Below, piece by piece: positions 10,040 through 19,098 of a DNA stretch of 64,000 nt. Location: contig DKAT01000070.1 in NCBI GenBank assembly GCA_002450905.1, positions 70,097 to 134,096 of the forward strand. Direction: 5' to 3'. The stretch comes from Spirochaetia bacterium UBA6919 (lineage in GTDB: Bacteria; Spirochaetota; UBA6919). The notes beneath the pieces were generated by a model. The model had not been told where the DNA came from. It worked only from the letters and a program-made list of their open reading frames with translations, and searched no databases. A program made the position numbers and the translations under genes. The number at the start of each line of letters is the position of its first letter. Position 1 is the first letter of the stretch.

Positions 10040-10241
10040 GGATCGATAGTTCTACATCCTCAGGAAGTTCCAGATGTTTTTCAGCATATTCTTCTGCTAT
10101 CATAGAAAACACACATTCCAATTCCTTTAAAACTTCGTCTCTTGTGGGCATAATGGCATGGCATCCTGGAATTGCGGGTATATAAGCTCCCCATGAATTA
10201 TCTTTCTGTTGATATAATACAATTTTATAATTACCGATCAT
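10029..10241 (-). CDS. hicB: HicB-family antitoxin (UPF0150)
   Basis: 70 aa. YxxxxxxxxDGxWxAxxPxxPGC pattern (YQQKDNSWGAYIPAIPGCHA) typical of the HicB N-domain. Sits upstream of hicA. Confidence 0.75.
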   Translation of the reverse strand: MIGNYKIVLYQQKDNSWGAYIPAIPGCHAIMPTRDEVLKELECVFSMIAEEYAEKHLELPEDVELSIHAR

Positions 10242-10271
10242 GGTTTAATGTTAACTAAAATTATTTGCTGT

Positions 10272-10340
10272 GTCAAGAAAAATATTTTTATCCTGAGTGG
10301 TGATTTCGGGTTGGGTTGACGAGAATCTTTATGGGGTTGG
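10272..10340 (-). promoter_or_regulatory. cassette-upstream module R2
   Basis: Repeat copy 2. In minus orientation it ends in TTGACA, then 17 nt, then TAACAT only 6 nt before the hicB ATG, which would give a leaderless or near-leaderless transcript. Confidence 0.5.
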
Positions 10341-10351
10341 TAAATTATTTA

Positions 10352-10555
10352 TTATCGATTTTCTGTGTTGATGGCAATTAAGATTTGTTTTACAACTTTT
10401 GGATGGAGAATTTTTCCACTGTGAAAGGGAATGATAATCTTCTTATCGTCTCTTTCATAGATTCGATGGCTTCCTCTGGTTCTTAGTAATTGAAATCCTG
10501 CTGTTAGTAGAAGAGATTCACCTTCCTTTGCGGTGAGACGAGATTGTTTAGACAA
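10352..10555 (-). CDS. hicA: HicA-family toxin (second copy)
   Basis: 67 aa, RTRGSHRIYERDDKKIIIPFHSGKILHPK. Confidence 0.7.
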   Translation of the reverse strand: MSKQSRLTAKEGESLLLTAGFQLLRTRGSHRIYERDDKKIIIPFHSGKILHPKVVKQILIAINTENR

Positions 10556-10558
10556 TTT

Positions 10559-10774
10559 TTAAACCTCAAGACTTGTTGTGAGAATCTCCTTACTGCATAC
10601 CAGTCTTTTTTCTTCATCTGTCAGGGTTTCCATATAGAGAGTGACTGCTTCTTTGATATTTGCCATAACCTCTTCTATCGTATCACCCTGGGTTTGACAT
10701 CCTTCTAATTCTGGGGAATAGGCGTAGTAGCCAAATTCATCTTTTTCAATAACAATCGATACTTTATAGGACAT
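10559..10774 (-). CDS. hicB: HicB-family antitoxin (second copy)
   Basis: 71 aa, FGYYAYSPELEGCQTQGDTIEEVMANIKEA (UPF0150 pattern). Lies 3 nt upstream of hicA. Confidence 0.7.
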   Translation of the reverse strand: MSYKVSIVIEKDEFGYYAYSPELEGCQTQGDTIEEVMANIKEAVTLYMETLTDEEKRLVCSKEILTTSLEV

Positions 10775-10833
10775 TTATATTATTCCTTGTAATACTTATT
10801 TATCCTCAATATTACATAATTTTCTGTAGATTT

Positions 10834-10895
10834 TCAAGAAAAATATTTTTATCCTGAGTGATGATTTCGGATACGGGTGACGAAAATCTTAGCAG
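10834..10895 (-). promoter_or_regulatory. cassette-upstream module R3
   Basis: Repeat copy 3. In minus orientation: TTGAAA, 17-nt spacer, TAATAT, 34-nt leader with an AAGGA RBS 9 nt before the hicB-2 ATG. Confidence 0.55.
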
Positions 10896-10925
10896 GAAGT
10901 ATTGTTATTAAAAGGATTTTATATA

Positions 10926-12653
10926 TTATTGAGTTAGAAAGCCTTTCAGAAAGCTGGTTAAACCATTTCGTATGCCTCTGACGTTGTATCCCCCTTCCTG
11001 TACAACAAGGATAGGTCTTTTTAATGTGTTCAGCTGTGAAGCAATCTCTTCATATATCCCAGGGCTTAATAGGAAAAGTCCTGTGGGATCACCCTTTAAA
11101 ATATCGAATCCAAGGGAAAGCACTATGACATCTGGATTGTAATTCTTAATAATAGAAATAACCTTTCCAAAGGTCTTTAGATATTTCATTTCATCTGTTT
11201 TTGGAGCTAGAGGGAAATTATAATTATGATGTAAGCCTTCTGCTTCACCTGTCTCAGATTCATAACCACTGAAATAAGGATAGGAATAATCAGGGTGCCC
11301 ATGAATGGATATGGTGAGGACATCACTCCTGTGATAGAAGATATCTTGAGTTCCATTTCCGTGATGGTAGTCTATATCAATTATCACAACACGACCTTCT
11401 AAGCTGAGATAATGGGCTGCAATGGCAGCATTATTAAAATAACAGAAACCCCCATAAAATCTCCTTCCAGCGTGATGACCTGGCGGACGACATACGGCAT
11501 AGGTTAATTTTTTTCCAGATAATATTTCATCAGCACAGGTTAGGACAGCGTTTACTGCAGAACGAGCCGCTTTGTATGCATTGGGATAAAGTGGAGTCCC
11601 TGAATCTAGACAATAATACCCTGCCTGAACAGGTAATAATTTGGGATGATTATCAGGTCTACGGATAGGAAAGGTGTCTGGATAGATGGGTCGTTTTTCT
11701 TTTAGTGTAGTACAAACTGTTCTAAGATAATGTACAAATCTTTTTTCATGGACTGCTAAAATCCATTTCTCTTCATATTCTCTGGGACTTACGATAGATA
11801 TACCTCCTACTGAATCAATTACTTCCCGTATAGTATCTACCCGAACCGGCTTTTCAAAATATCCTCTTTCCTTGATATGATGAATTTCATGTTTAGCAGT
11901 GAAAACACACACCATGCTTGAAATCGATTGTGACTTTGATAATTTTATTTGTTTACTTGAAATGGACTTCACATATCGAAAGGGGTGGAATGGGATGGGG
12001 TCTTCCTGAAATGATTCAATGACGTGCTGGGTATACTCAGGAGTAACTGATTTTGCAAACCGTGTTTTGAATATAAGTTGAATGGTATTCTTAGCATCAT
12101 CTGCACTAAGGGTATTGGATATTCCCAAACCATCGTATAGGAGATAGGCAGTGGATGGAGGGTTACCTGTTGGTGTGGAATAGGCTGGATTATTGATGAT
12201 ACGCACCCCATGTTGTTCATAGAACTGGATTCGTAGTTTAGCTAATTTTAATTCCTCTGGATTAGGTGTTAGTTCTGGTGTATCGGGTTGTACTTCCAGA
12301 TATATACCCTTAACAGACAGGCTCTTGCAGTACTCACTGATCGATTCATAAAGGGCTGATCCAACACCACGACCCTTTAAACCCTCTCGTGTAGCAATAA
12401 AATCAAGAAAACATACATTCTCTTGAGGATAGTAGATAAGAAGAGCAAATCCATCCACTCTACTCATGGCTCCTTCAGCAACAAAAAGAATAGAGCAATA
12501 TTGGTTTGTTATTGGATCAATAATGAGTGATGGAATTTTATCAGAATATCCTTCCAGATATGGAAAATTATATTTAAAAATCTCTTGTATTTGTTTCATT
12601 CTATCTTTTGAGAGAAGAGTTCCAGTATCCCTCAGGATTCGTATTCTAATCAT
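10926..12653 (-). CDS. GNAT acetyltransferase / histone-deacetylase-family (arginase-fold) fusion protein
   Basis: 575 aa. The N-terminal part has a GNAT acetyl-CoA-binding motif (REGLKGRGVGSALYE). The C-terminal part has HDAC-class signatures (HHAGRRFYGGFCYFNN, IIDIDYHHGNGTQDIFY, ISIHG). GGAG RBS 6 nt upstream of the ATG. Confidence 0.75.
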   Translation of the reverse strand: MIRIRILRDTGTLLSKDRMKQIQEIFKYNFPYLEGYSDKIPSLIIDPITNQYCSILFVAEGAMSRVDGFALLIYYPQENVCFLDFIATREGLKGRGVGSALYESISEYCKSLSVKGIYLEVQPDTPELTPNPEELKLAKLRIQFYEQHGVRIINNPAYSTPTGNPPSTAYLLYDGLGISNTLSADDAKNTIQLIFKTRFAKSVTPEYTQHVIESFQEDPIPFHPFRYVKSISSKQIKLSKSQSISSMVCVFTAKHEIHHIKERGYFEKPVRVDTIREVIDSVGGISIVSPREYEEKWILAVHEKRFVHYLRTVCTTLKEKRPIYPDTFPIRRPDNHPKLLPVQAGYYCLDSGTPLYPNAYKAARSAVNAVLTCADEILSGKKLTYAVCRPPGHHAGRRFYGGFCYFNNAAIAAHYLSLEGRVVIIDIDYHHGNGTQDIFYHRSDVLTISIHGHPDYSYPYFSGYESETGEAEGLHHNYNFPLAPKTDEMKYLKTFGKVISIIKNYNPDVIVLSLGFDILKGDPTGLFLLSPGIYEEIASQLNTLKRPILVVQEGGYNVRGIRNGLTSFLKGFLTQ

Positions 12654-12697
12654 ATAGGCTCCATTTTGTTGGAAAATAAAACATTATTATATTGAAT

Positions 12698-12767
12698 GTC
12701 AAGAAAAATATTTTTATCCGGGGTGGTGATTTCGGATCGGGGTTTCGAGAATCTTGAGGGGGTTTGG
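12698..12767 (-). promoter_or_regulatory. cassette-upstream module R4
   Basis: Repeat copy 4. Its 3' end abuts the stop of orf75. Its 5' end carries TTGACA with a weak TTATTT/TATTTT -10, about 40 nt before the GNAT-HDAC ATG. Confidence 0.45.
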
Positions 12768-12775
12768 GAAATGTT

Positions 12776-13003
12776 TTAATCTGTATTAAAATAATTTAGT
12801 TGTTCCTGAGATATTTCTTTCCACGCTGACCTTGGAACTCCATATTCAGTTTCTGCTTGTTCCAATGTGATTTCCAAGGTATCTTGCAAGTGGTCAGCAA
12901 TACTTATTCCACTCTTTTCAGGATATACAAATAAATAATATCCGACACCTTCTTCTTGTTTAAGGATAAGTGTTAATTTAACTTCTGCAATAAGTGGCTT
13001 CAT
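12776..13003 (-). CDS. hypothetical small protein
   Basis: 75-aa acidic ORF between typA and the repeat array. No recognisable domain. Confidence 0.4.
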   Translation of the reverse strand: MKPLIAEVKLTLILKQEEGVGYYLFVYPEKSGISIADHLQDTLEITLEQAETEYGVPRSAWKEISQEQLNYFNTD

Positions 13004-13081
13004 ACAATCTCAGAGGTTCAATAATCTCATTGGCGTTTTCTGATATCATTTTTAAAGAAAAGTTATTATTTATCTCTTTAT

Positions 13082-14902
13082 CTATTCTTTCTTTGACTGG
13101 CGTTTACGATCCGTTTCCTTGAGAAATTTTTTACGTAACCGGATATTTTGTGGGGTGATTTCCACATATTCATCGTCCTGGATATACTCTAATGCCTTTT
13201 CAAGAGTCATTTTAAGGGGTGGTACAAGACGTATTGCCTCATCAGATCCTGATGCACGGACGTTTGTTAATTTCTTTTCCTTTATAGGATTTACCGTTAA
13301 GTCTGAACCCTTGTTGTGTTCCCCGATGATCATTCCCTCATATACTTCAGTAGCCGGATCAATGAAGAGTGGTCCACGCTCCTGGAGATTCCATAGAGAA
13401 TAGGCAGTGGCTACACCACCCTCTGCGGATATAAGGGATCCTACACTTCTCTTATCTATTTTGCCTTTGTAAGGAGCATAGTGATCAAATGAGTGATACA
13501 TAGTGCCTTCACCACGTGTTAATATGATGAATGTTGATCTGAATCCAAGAATACCCCGTGTTGGGATTAAAAATTCCATTATGGTATTCCCTTTATCAGA
13601 GGACATACTCTTTAATTCTGCTTTACGAGGGGATAAGGCTTCAATAACTTTACCTGATATTTCATCTGGAACCGTAATAACAACCTGTTCAACGGGTTCA
13701 TGATTTTTTCCATCGATTTCCTGTAAAATGACTTTTGGCTGTGAGACTTGCAATTCAAATCCTTCACGTCGCATATTTTCTATCAGAATAGCTAAGTGCA
13801 TTTCTCCTCGTCCGTATACCTTGAATACATCAGCATTTTCAACTGTTTCCACGTTAAGACCTACGTTGGTTTCAAGCTCACGAAAGAGTCTTTGCCGGAT
13901 ATGTCGACTGGTAACAAAATTTCCCTCACGACCAGCAAAGGGGGAATTATTTACCATAAAATCCATAGCAAGGGCGGGTGGATCTACTTTTATTGCTGGA
14001 AGAACTTCAGCAGATTCATTTGTAGATATCGTTTCTCCCACATAGACATAAGGTAGTCCTGCTATAGCTACAATATCACCTGCAATGACTTCATCAACCT
14101 CTCGTCGTTCCATACCATGAAATGTAAAGACATTTGTAATTTTACCAGTTCGTTTATGACCTTCTAGATCAAATATAAAAACATTTTCCCCAGATTTCAC
14201 CTTTCCTTCATATATTCTACCGATAGCTATGCGTCCTTTAAAGTTATCATAGGTTAATGTAGCGGGTTGCATTCTGAAATCCTTTTCTGTATCAGAGATT
14301 GATATGGGGACATGCTCGATAATAAAGTCCAGTAGGGGAATAATATCCTTTTTCTCGTCGTTCAGATCTTTATATGCAATTCCTTCTCTCGCAATGGCAT
14401 AGATATACGGGAAATCTAATTGCTCATCTGTGGCACCCAGTTTATCCATCAGCTCAAAGATTTGGTCTACAACAACCGCTGGTTTTGCCTGTGGACGATC
14501 CATTTTATTTAATACAACAAGAATTGGCAAGCCCAAAGCAATGGATTTTGATAACACAAACTTCGTCTGGGGCATGGGACCTTCATAAGCATCGACAACG
14601 AGGATGACTGCATCAACCATTCTTAAAATACGCTCTACTTCCGATCCAAAATCAGCGTGACCTGGGGTATCGACAATATTAATTTTTGTGTTATTATAGG
14701 TGATGGCGGCATTTTTAGCGTAAATTGTAATACCACGCTCTTTTTCCTGATCATCACTGTCCATCATACGGACTTCTAATTCCTTGTGTTCTGAAAAAAC
14801 TTTACCAGCCTTCAAAAGGGCATCAACGAGGGTGGTTTTCCCGTGGTCAACGTGGGCTATGATAGCTATATTTCGGATTTCCTGTTTCATATCAACTCTC
14901 AA
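13082..14902 (-). CDS. typA: translational GTPase TypA/BipA
   Basis: 606 aa. G-domain motifs AHVDHGKTT, DTPGH, NKMD. Domain order matches the EF-G-like TypA. The true start may be the second Met (MKQEIRNIAII) at about 14890. Confidence 0.9.
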   Translation of the reverse strand: MRVDMKQEIRNIAIIAHVDHGKTTLVDALLKAGKVFSEHKELEVRMMDSDDQEKERGITIYAKNAAITYNNTKINIVDTPGHADFGSEVERILRMVDAVILVVDAYEGPMPQTKFVLSKSIALGLPILVVLNKMDRPQAKPAVVVDQIFELMDKLGATDEQLDFPYIYAIAREGIAYKDLNDEKKDIIPLLDFIIEHVPISISDTEKDFRMQPATLTYDNFKGRIAIGRIYEGKVKSGENVFIFDLEGHKRTGKITNVFTFHGMERREVDEVIAGDIVAIAGLPYVYVGETISTNESAEVLPAIKVDPPALAMDFMVNNSPFAGREGNFVTSRHIRQRLFRELETNVGLNVETVENADVFKVYGRGEMHLAILIENMRREGFELQVSQPKVILQEIDGKNHEPVEQVVITVPDEISGKVIEALSPRKAELKSMSSDKGNTIMEFLIPTRGILGFRSTFIILTRGEGTMYHSFDHYAPYKGKIDKRSVGSLISAEGGVATAYSLWNLQERGPLFIDPATEVYEGMIIGEHNKGSDLTVNPIKEKKLTNVRASGSDEAIRLVPPLKMTLEKALEYIQDDEYVEITPQNIRLRKKFLKETDRKRQSKKE

Positions 14903-15080
14903 GTGAATATATATTTATTTGATTATATCTTTTATAAATATTCAAATATCAATTCATAATTATTTTATATTAAATGGGAGGGAAATATAATGTTTTTTTT
15001 TAGATAGGGGAAAATAATTTTAATAAATCGATTTTATGGGAATATTTATACGTCATTGAATGTATTGGCGGAACTATTTT

Positions 15081-15539
15081 TTAAGCACTTTTATCTGGAT
15101 TTTCTGGTACCATATAAGGATTCCAGGCGATCTCCCAGGGATGTCCATCCAGATCTGAGAAATATCCAGAATAACCACCCCAATCAGTATCCATAGGCTG
15201 TCTTGTAATTATCCCACCTGAATTTTCTGCCTGCTTGAGAAGATTATCCACTTCAATTTTACTTGAGACAACCTGAGCCAGGGTTATTCCGCTATATCCT
15301 ACGTTATCTATTAAATTAGCATCGATACTCAGAAGATTTCTTGGATATAATGCCAGATTGGAACCTATATTCAATTGGAACAGTGCAAAATCTCCTCCAC
15401 TGAGATCAGATAGTGACAATCCAAGGACATCAGAATAAAACCGGATAGCCTTCTTAAGATCACTTACACCCAGAGTAACAATATTAATCACCCTGAAATC
15501 CTTTATCAATATAGAATGATTGGGAAAAATCCTTTTCAT
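15081..15539 (-). CDS. VOC-family (glyoxalase/bleomycin-resistance fold) protein
   Basis: 152 aa. VINIVTLGVSDLKKAIRFYSDVLGL matches a glyoxalase-like beta-alpha-beta-beta-beta module. The start codon is uncertain; the ORF overlaps the upstream ORF by about 55 nt. Confidence 0.6.
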   Translation of the reverse strand: MKRIFPNHSILIKDFRVINIVTLGVSDLKKAIRFYSDVLGLSLSDLSGGDFALFQLNIGSNLALYPRNLLSIDANLIDNVGYSGITLAQVVSSKIEVDNLLKQAENSGGIITRQPMDTDWGGYSGYFSDLDGHPWEIAWNPYMVPENPDKSA

Positions 15540-16113
15540 CTCGGAGGGAGAATACCACGTATTTATGGGCTATAAATTTGGCAAAGGTATAGACCACAAG
15601 ATCATAGTGAACAAGGGAGGAGTAGGGGGGAGATGAGCTCAATCTATCATTTATCTTTAAATATATTCTGCTGATATGATGGATTTTTTTGGGGGAAAGG
15701 AGCATACCATTGGAATATATTTTTAATCTGTTTTGGGAGCGTTCAGGCTTATTTATATATAAAACTGGGATATAGACATTGTTATCGGATCCATATTTCT
15801 TTTGACGGATAAAAAAATCTCTCATCATTAATATGGATTCATTAAAATTATTCAATTGCACTTTCTTATTATCTTTCATATAATAAGACAGGATATCTTT
15901 CTTCCATTGGATGAAACCATAATAATTTCTAAAGATGGATACAAAAAAACCCGGATCCTTTAAATAATTGGTATTTTGGGCAGAATTATTTTGACTTATA
16001 TTAAAATTACTTAGAATGATAAATATACTGAAAATGACGAAATATTTTTTCATCTCCCCCCCAGAGATACTTATCTTTCTCGTCATGTCAGAAAAAAAAA
16101 TTAGAAAAAACAA
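15484..16113 (-). CDS. hypothetical secreted protein
   Basis: 209-aa ORF. The likely real start is the internal MKKYFVIFSIFIILSNF at about 16053, which is signal-peptide-like. No domain recognised. Confidence 0.4.
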   Translation of the reverse strand: MFFLIFFSDMTRKISISGGEMKKYFVIFSIFIILSNFNISQNNSAQNTNYLKDPGFFVSIFRNYYGFIQWKKDILSYYMKDNKKVQLNNFNESILMMRDFFIRQKKYGSDNNVYIPVLYINKPERSQNRLKIYSNGMLLSPKKIHHISRIYLKINDRLSSSPPYSSLVHYDLVVYTFAKFIAHKYVVFSLRDEKDFSQSFYIDKGFQGD

Positions 16114-16242
16114 TGATTTATGGTAATATTATTCTAATTTCTTGTTATGAAAGAATATTTTATATAATTTATTTAATGGAATGACTAAGTTTTTTAAATT
16201 GATCTATACTGATAATTTTTGAAATCTGAAATCCTTTGAAAC

Positions 16243-17408
16243 ATGGTTCGAGAGCCTCACCATGACAGTTTTGATATTAATGCAACGATTAACGGGGAGG
16301 TGGTTGAAATTAGTGTTGAGGATACTGGGATTGGTATTGCTGGAGATAAATTGGATGTTATATTTCAATCATTTCGCCAGGAAGATTCTGGAATAGTCAG
16401 GACTTTTGGAGGAACGGGTCTTGGATTAACTATTAGTAAAACCCTTATAGAACTTCATGGAGGTACAATCGCTGTTCATTCCACTAAAGGACTGGGTTCT
16501 CAATTTAATTTTACCACACCCAAAGCGGATATTGCCCATGAATCGGTCATCATTGACCAGCCCATAGCTATGATAACAAATAATCTATCCTTAGAAAGTT
16601 CTCTGGAAGGATCAAATATCCAATCTATTCAAGGGAAACGGGGAAGGATTCTTGCTGTGGATGATGATCCTGTAATTCTCCATGTTCTGGTAAATTATCT
16701 TACTTAGAGAAATATTCCGTACAAACGGCGAATAATGGGCAGATTGCACTGGATATGATTAAAAATCAGTCCTTTGACATGGTGTTCCTAGATATTATGA
16801 TGCCAATAATGAGTGGGTATGAGGTTTATAAACGCATACGAGAAAAATATTCTCCTGTGGAATTGCCAATTATATTACTAACTGCACGAAATCAGATATC
16901 AGATCTTATAAAGGGACTTGAGATAGGTGCTAATGATTATTTAACAAAGCCCTTTAGTCGGGGTGAGTTTATCGCACGAATGAAAACTCATTTGAGTATT
17001 TCCTATTATTATAAACAAATCATAGAATTAAACAGGGAATTAAACCAAAATATCAAGGTGAGAAGAAGTGTTACCACAAAAATTCATTCAGGTAAGGTGC
17101 AGGGGATACTGGATATTTATCTGGAATAATTAAATAATATTGTAAAACACTCATCAGCAAAGAATGTTGATATACGGGTTACTTATGAGAATGATATTTT
17201 CTCCTTATCAGTAAAGGATGATGGAATTGGTTTTAATACTGAATCTTTTGTCAAAAAGAATAATTCTTATGGTATGAATATTATTCGTGAATTAGTACAG
17301 TAAATGGATAGTGAATATCATTATAATTCCTCTATTAATCAAGGAACTGAATTTACTATCTCCGTGAAAGATTGTCCATTACCCCCTTCTAATCTTCATT
17401 TTATTTAA
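16243..17408 (+). pseudogene. decayed paralog of the C-terminal half of the 7TMR-DISM hybrid histidine kinase
   Basis: Three successive frames encode an HATPase_c fragment, a receiver fragment and a second HATPase fragment. These align with residues about 560-1027 of the kinase at 39387-42470, for example EVVEISVEDTGIGIAGDKLDVIFQSFRQEDSG versus EMVEISVKDTGIGISEEKLDLIFESFQQGDSG. There are two frameshifts, an internal deletion and an in-frame stop. The 5' end coincides with a repeat arm at 16242-16268. Confidence 0.75.
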
Positions 17409-17533
17409 ATTAGCTTCTATTCATTGTTTCATAAATTATTAAAAAAAAATTAGAAATTTTCACTCCATGTAAACTTTCTTGACAGACAATTTTTTTTATT
17501 GTTGTAAATTTCTGATGCTAACAGTATAAATCT

Positions 17534-18199
17534 ATGAATAAATTAGTGCCCATAAAATTATCTATTATCGATGACAGCGATAGTTACAGGAATTATTTAA
17601 AATCACTTATCCAGGATGATTCCCGTATTCACTTATATGGTGAATATAATTCGCCTATTGCATTTATAGCTCAGTTAAATAGCCCGTTTCAACCCGATGT
17701 TTGTCTTGTGGATCTTGTTATGCCGGAGATGTCGGGGTTGGATTGTGCTCAGATCATTAAAACAAAGTGCCCTAAAATTCATGTTATCATTGTCACCAGT
17801 TTTCCTACAAAGGAATCCATTGAAATTGCCAAGATGTTAGGGGCTGGATATATTCAAAAGGGCACTATAGGAGAGAATTTTATGAAACATATCATCACCA
17901 ATACTCAAATCAAAGATGTGTTCTTTCTTTCTGTCAGTAAAGAATATGAAGAAAAGCACAAATATTTTATTGACTTCATTCATAAAGTGGGAGCCATTCA
18001 AAAAAACGTATCTCTCCTTTCTGAAACACAAAGAAAAGTCCTTCAAATGCGTAAGGAAAATAAATCTGTTGAAGAAATTGCTGAAATATTAAATACTTCT
18101 ACAAATACTGTAAAAACTCATATATTTCGTGCTATGACAAAACTGGATATACCTAATATTCTCGATTATATCCAATTAGATGATAATAATAATCCATAA
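17534..18199 (+). CDS. two-component response regulator (REC + LuxR/sigma-70 region-4-type HTH)
   Basis: 221 aa. Receiver aspartate pocket (IIDDSD...VDLVMPEMSG...IVTS). C-terminal HTH LSETQRKVLQMRKENKSVEEIAEILNTSTNTVKTHIFRAMTKL. Confidence 0.75.
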   Translation: MNKLVPIKLSIIDDSDSYRNYLKSLIQDDSRIHLYGEYNSPIAFIAQLNSPFQPDVCLVDLVMPEMSGLDCAQIIKTKCPKIHVIIVTSFPTKESIEIAKMLGAGYIQKGTIGENFMKHIITNTQIKDVFFLSVSKEYEEKHKYFIDFIHKVGAIQKNVSLLSETQRKVLQMRKENKSVEEIAEILNTSTNTVKTHIFRAMTKLDIPNILDYIQLDDNNNP

Positions 18200-18348
18200 A
18201 TATCTGACTGGGAAGGGAACACAACGAATTATCATTGATAATCTCCTTTAATTTATTAACATGCAGTTAACTTTCATCCTGCCCTCTTCATGATGGAGAG
18301 GGAGTTTCAGGGTGATAGAAGTGGGTAAGTCTTAGAGTGACACAGGAT

Positions 18349-18422
18349 TGTCATGGTGAGGTTCTCGAACCATGTTTGTACAACGCTTGTGTGTGTCCCC
18401 CTTCGAGAGCCTCAAGGTGACA
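18349..18422. repeat. nested-palindrome repeat element, copy C
   Basis: attgtcatggtgaggttctcgaaccatg...cccttcgagagcctcaaggtgacaat. The outer 7-bp inverted repeat is also complementary. Confidence 0.6.
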
Positions 18423-18569
18423 ATGGAGTAGCTCTGGGTGTGACGGAGGGAGAAATCAAGCCCTTCGACAGGGAAGGTATTCAATGCCGTGAAGAAAGAT
18501 ATTCAAATAAATGTTCTCCAAATAACGAATATTGATTATAATTATCATAACGTTATTGAATAAAGGGGT

Positions 18570-18710
18570 TTTCTTATGAAAGATTTAAGATTTAAACAGG
18601 AGTTGATGGATGAATTTAATGATTTATCAGAACAACAAATAAAAGAAGTTTTGGACTATGTTTACTTTGTCAAAGCAAGATTGACACTAGATCCTTCTCA
18701 GATGTATTTC
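18570..18710 (+). CDS. small antitoxin-like ORF (possible TA remnant)
   Basis: 46 aa, MKDLRFKQELMDEFNDLSEQQIKEVLDYVYFVKARL. It resembles the small antitoxins that pair with PIN or RelE toxins. An in-frame stop is followed by 33 more codons, and no toxin gene follows. It is below the ORF-track size cutoff. Confidence 0.3.
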
Positions 18711-18883
18711 TAGACATCCCAGTGGCAGAAGATGGAACAGGACGTCAATCAGGATAAATTATCGAATCAGATTACAGGAGATGAGATATTATGAGGGTTG
18801 TTGCCAATCACGATGATGTGTTAAAAAATCCGTGATGGGTAGAATTGTCGTCCTTCCCCTGCTCCTGGACAGCCGTGTGCTTG

Positions 18884-18975
18884 TCGCCCTTCGAGAATCT
18901 CAGGGTGAGGAGGGGGAAAATCCTGAATCAAGTTCAGGATGACAGAGAGGGCTGAAGACTCGCCCTACGGAGGAT
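18884..18975. repeat. repeat element copy D (right arm plus ctcaggatgacag / ggctgaag..gcc.tacgga submodules)
   Basis: cccttcgagaatctcagggtgagg...ttcaggatgacagagagggctgaagactcgccctacgga. Shares submodules with copies A and F. Confidence 0.5.
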
Positions 18976-19098
18976 TATGGTTTGGAGGGAAACCCGGATG
19001 GGGTTTAAGGTTGGTTTATTTGAAATAGTTTGTAAATTGTTCATGAATATGTTTAATTATATGTATATCCGTTAAGAATTATCCAACAGGAGGACGAA

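Noticed and set aside
9738-12767. Considered whether the four ~70-bp cassette repeats are integron attC sites (a CALIN array).
   Set aside because: No conserved R'' (RYYYAAC) / R' (GTTRRRY) core is shared by the four copies. A GTTGGGT occurs in only one copy. The repeat is not an extended imperfect palindrome. No integrase or attI is present in the window. Interpreted instead as a promoter-bearing direct repeat.
16707-17129. Whether 16243-16707 and 16755-17129 are two genuine small genes (a stand-alone ATPase fragment and a receiver fragment).
   Set aside because: Together with 17130-17408 they align colinearly to one continuous region of the 1027-aa kinase. The frame changes fall between conserved blocks and the first ORF has no sensor or H-box. 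They are best explained as one pseudogene.
18353-18535. 60-aa ORF (MVRFSNHVCTTLVCVPLREPQGDNGVALG...) reported by the ORF track.
   Set aside because: It lies entirely over repeat copy C. Its peptide is a translation of the palindromic repeat (PFES/LREPQG recur wherever the repeat is translated), and it has no RBS.
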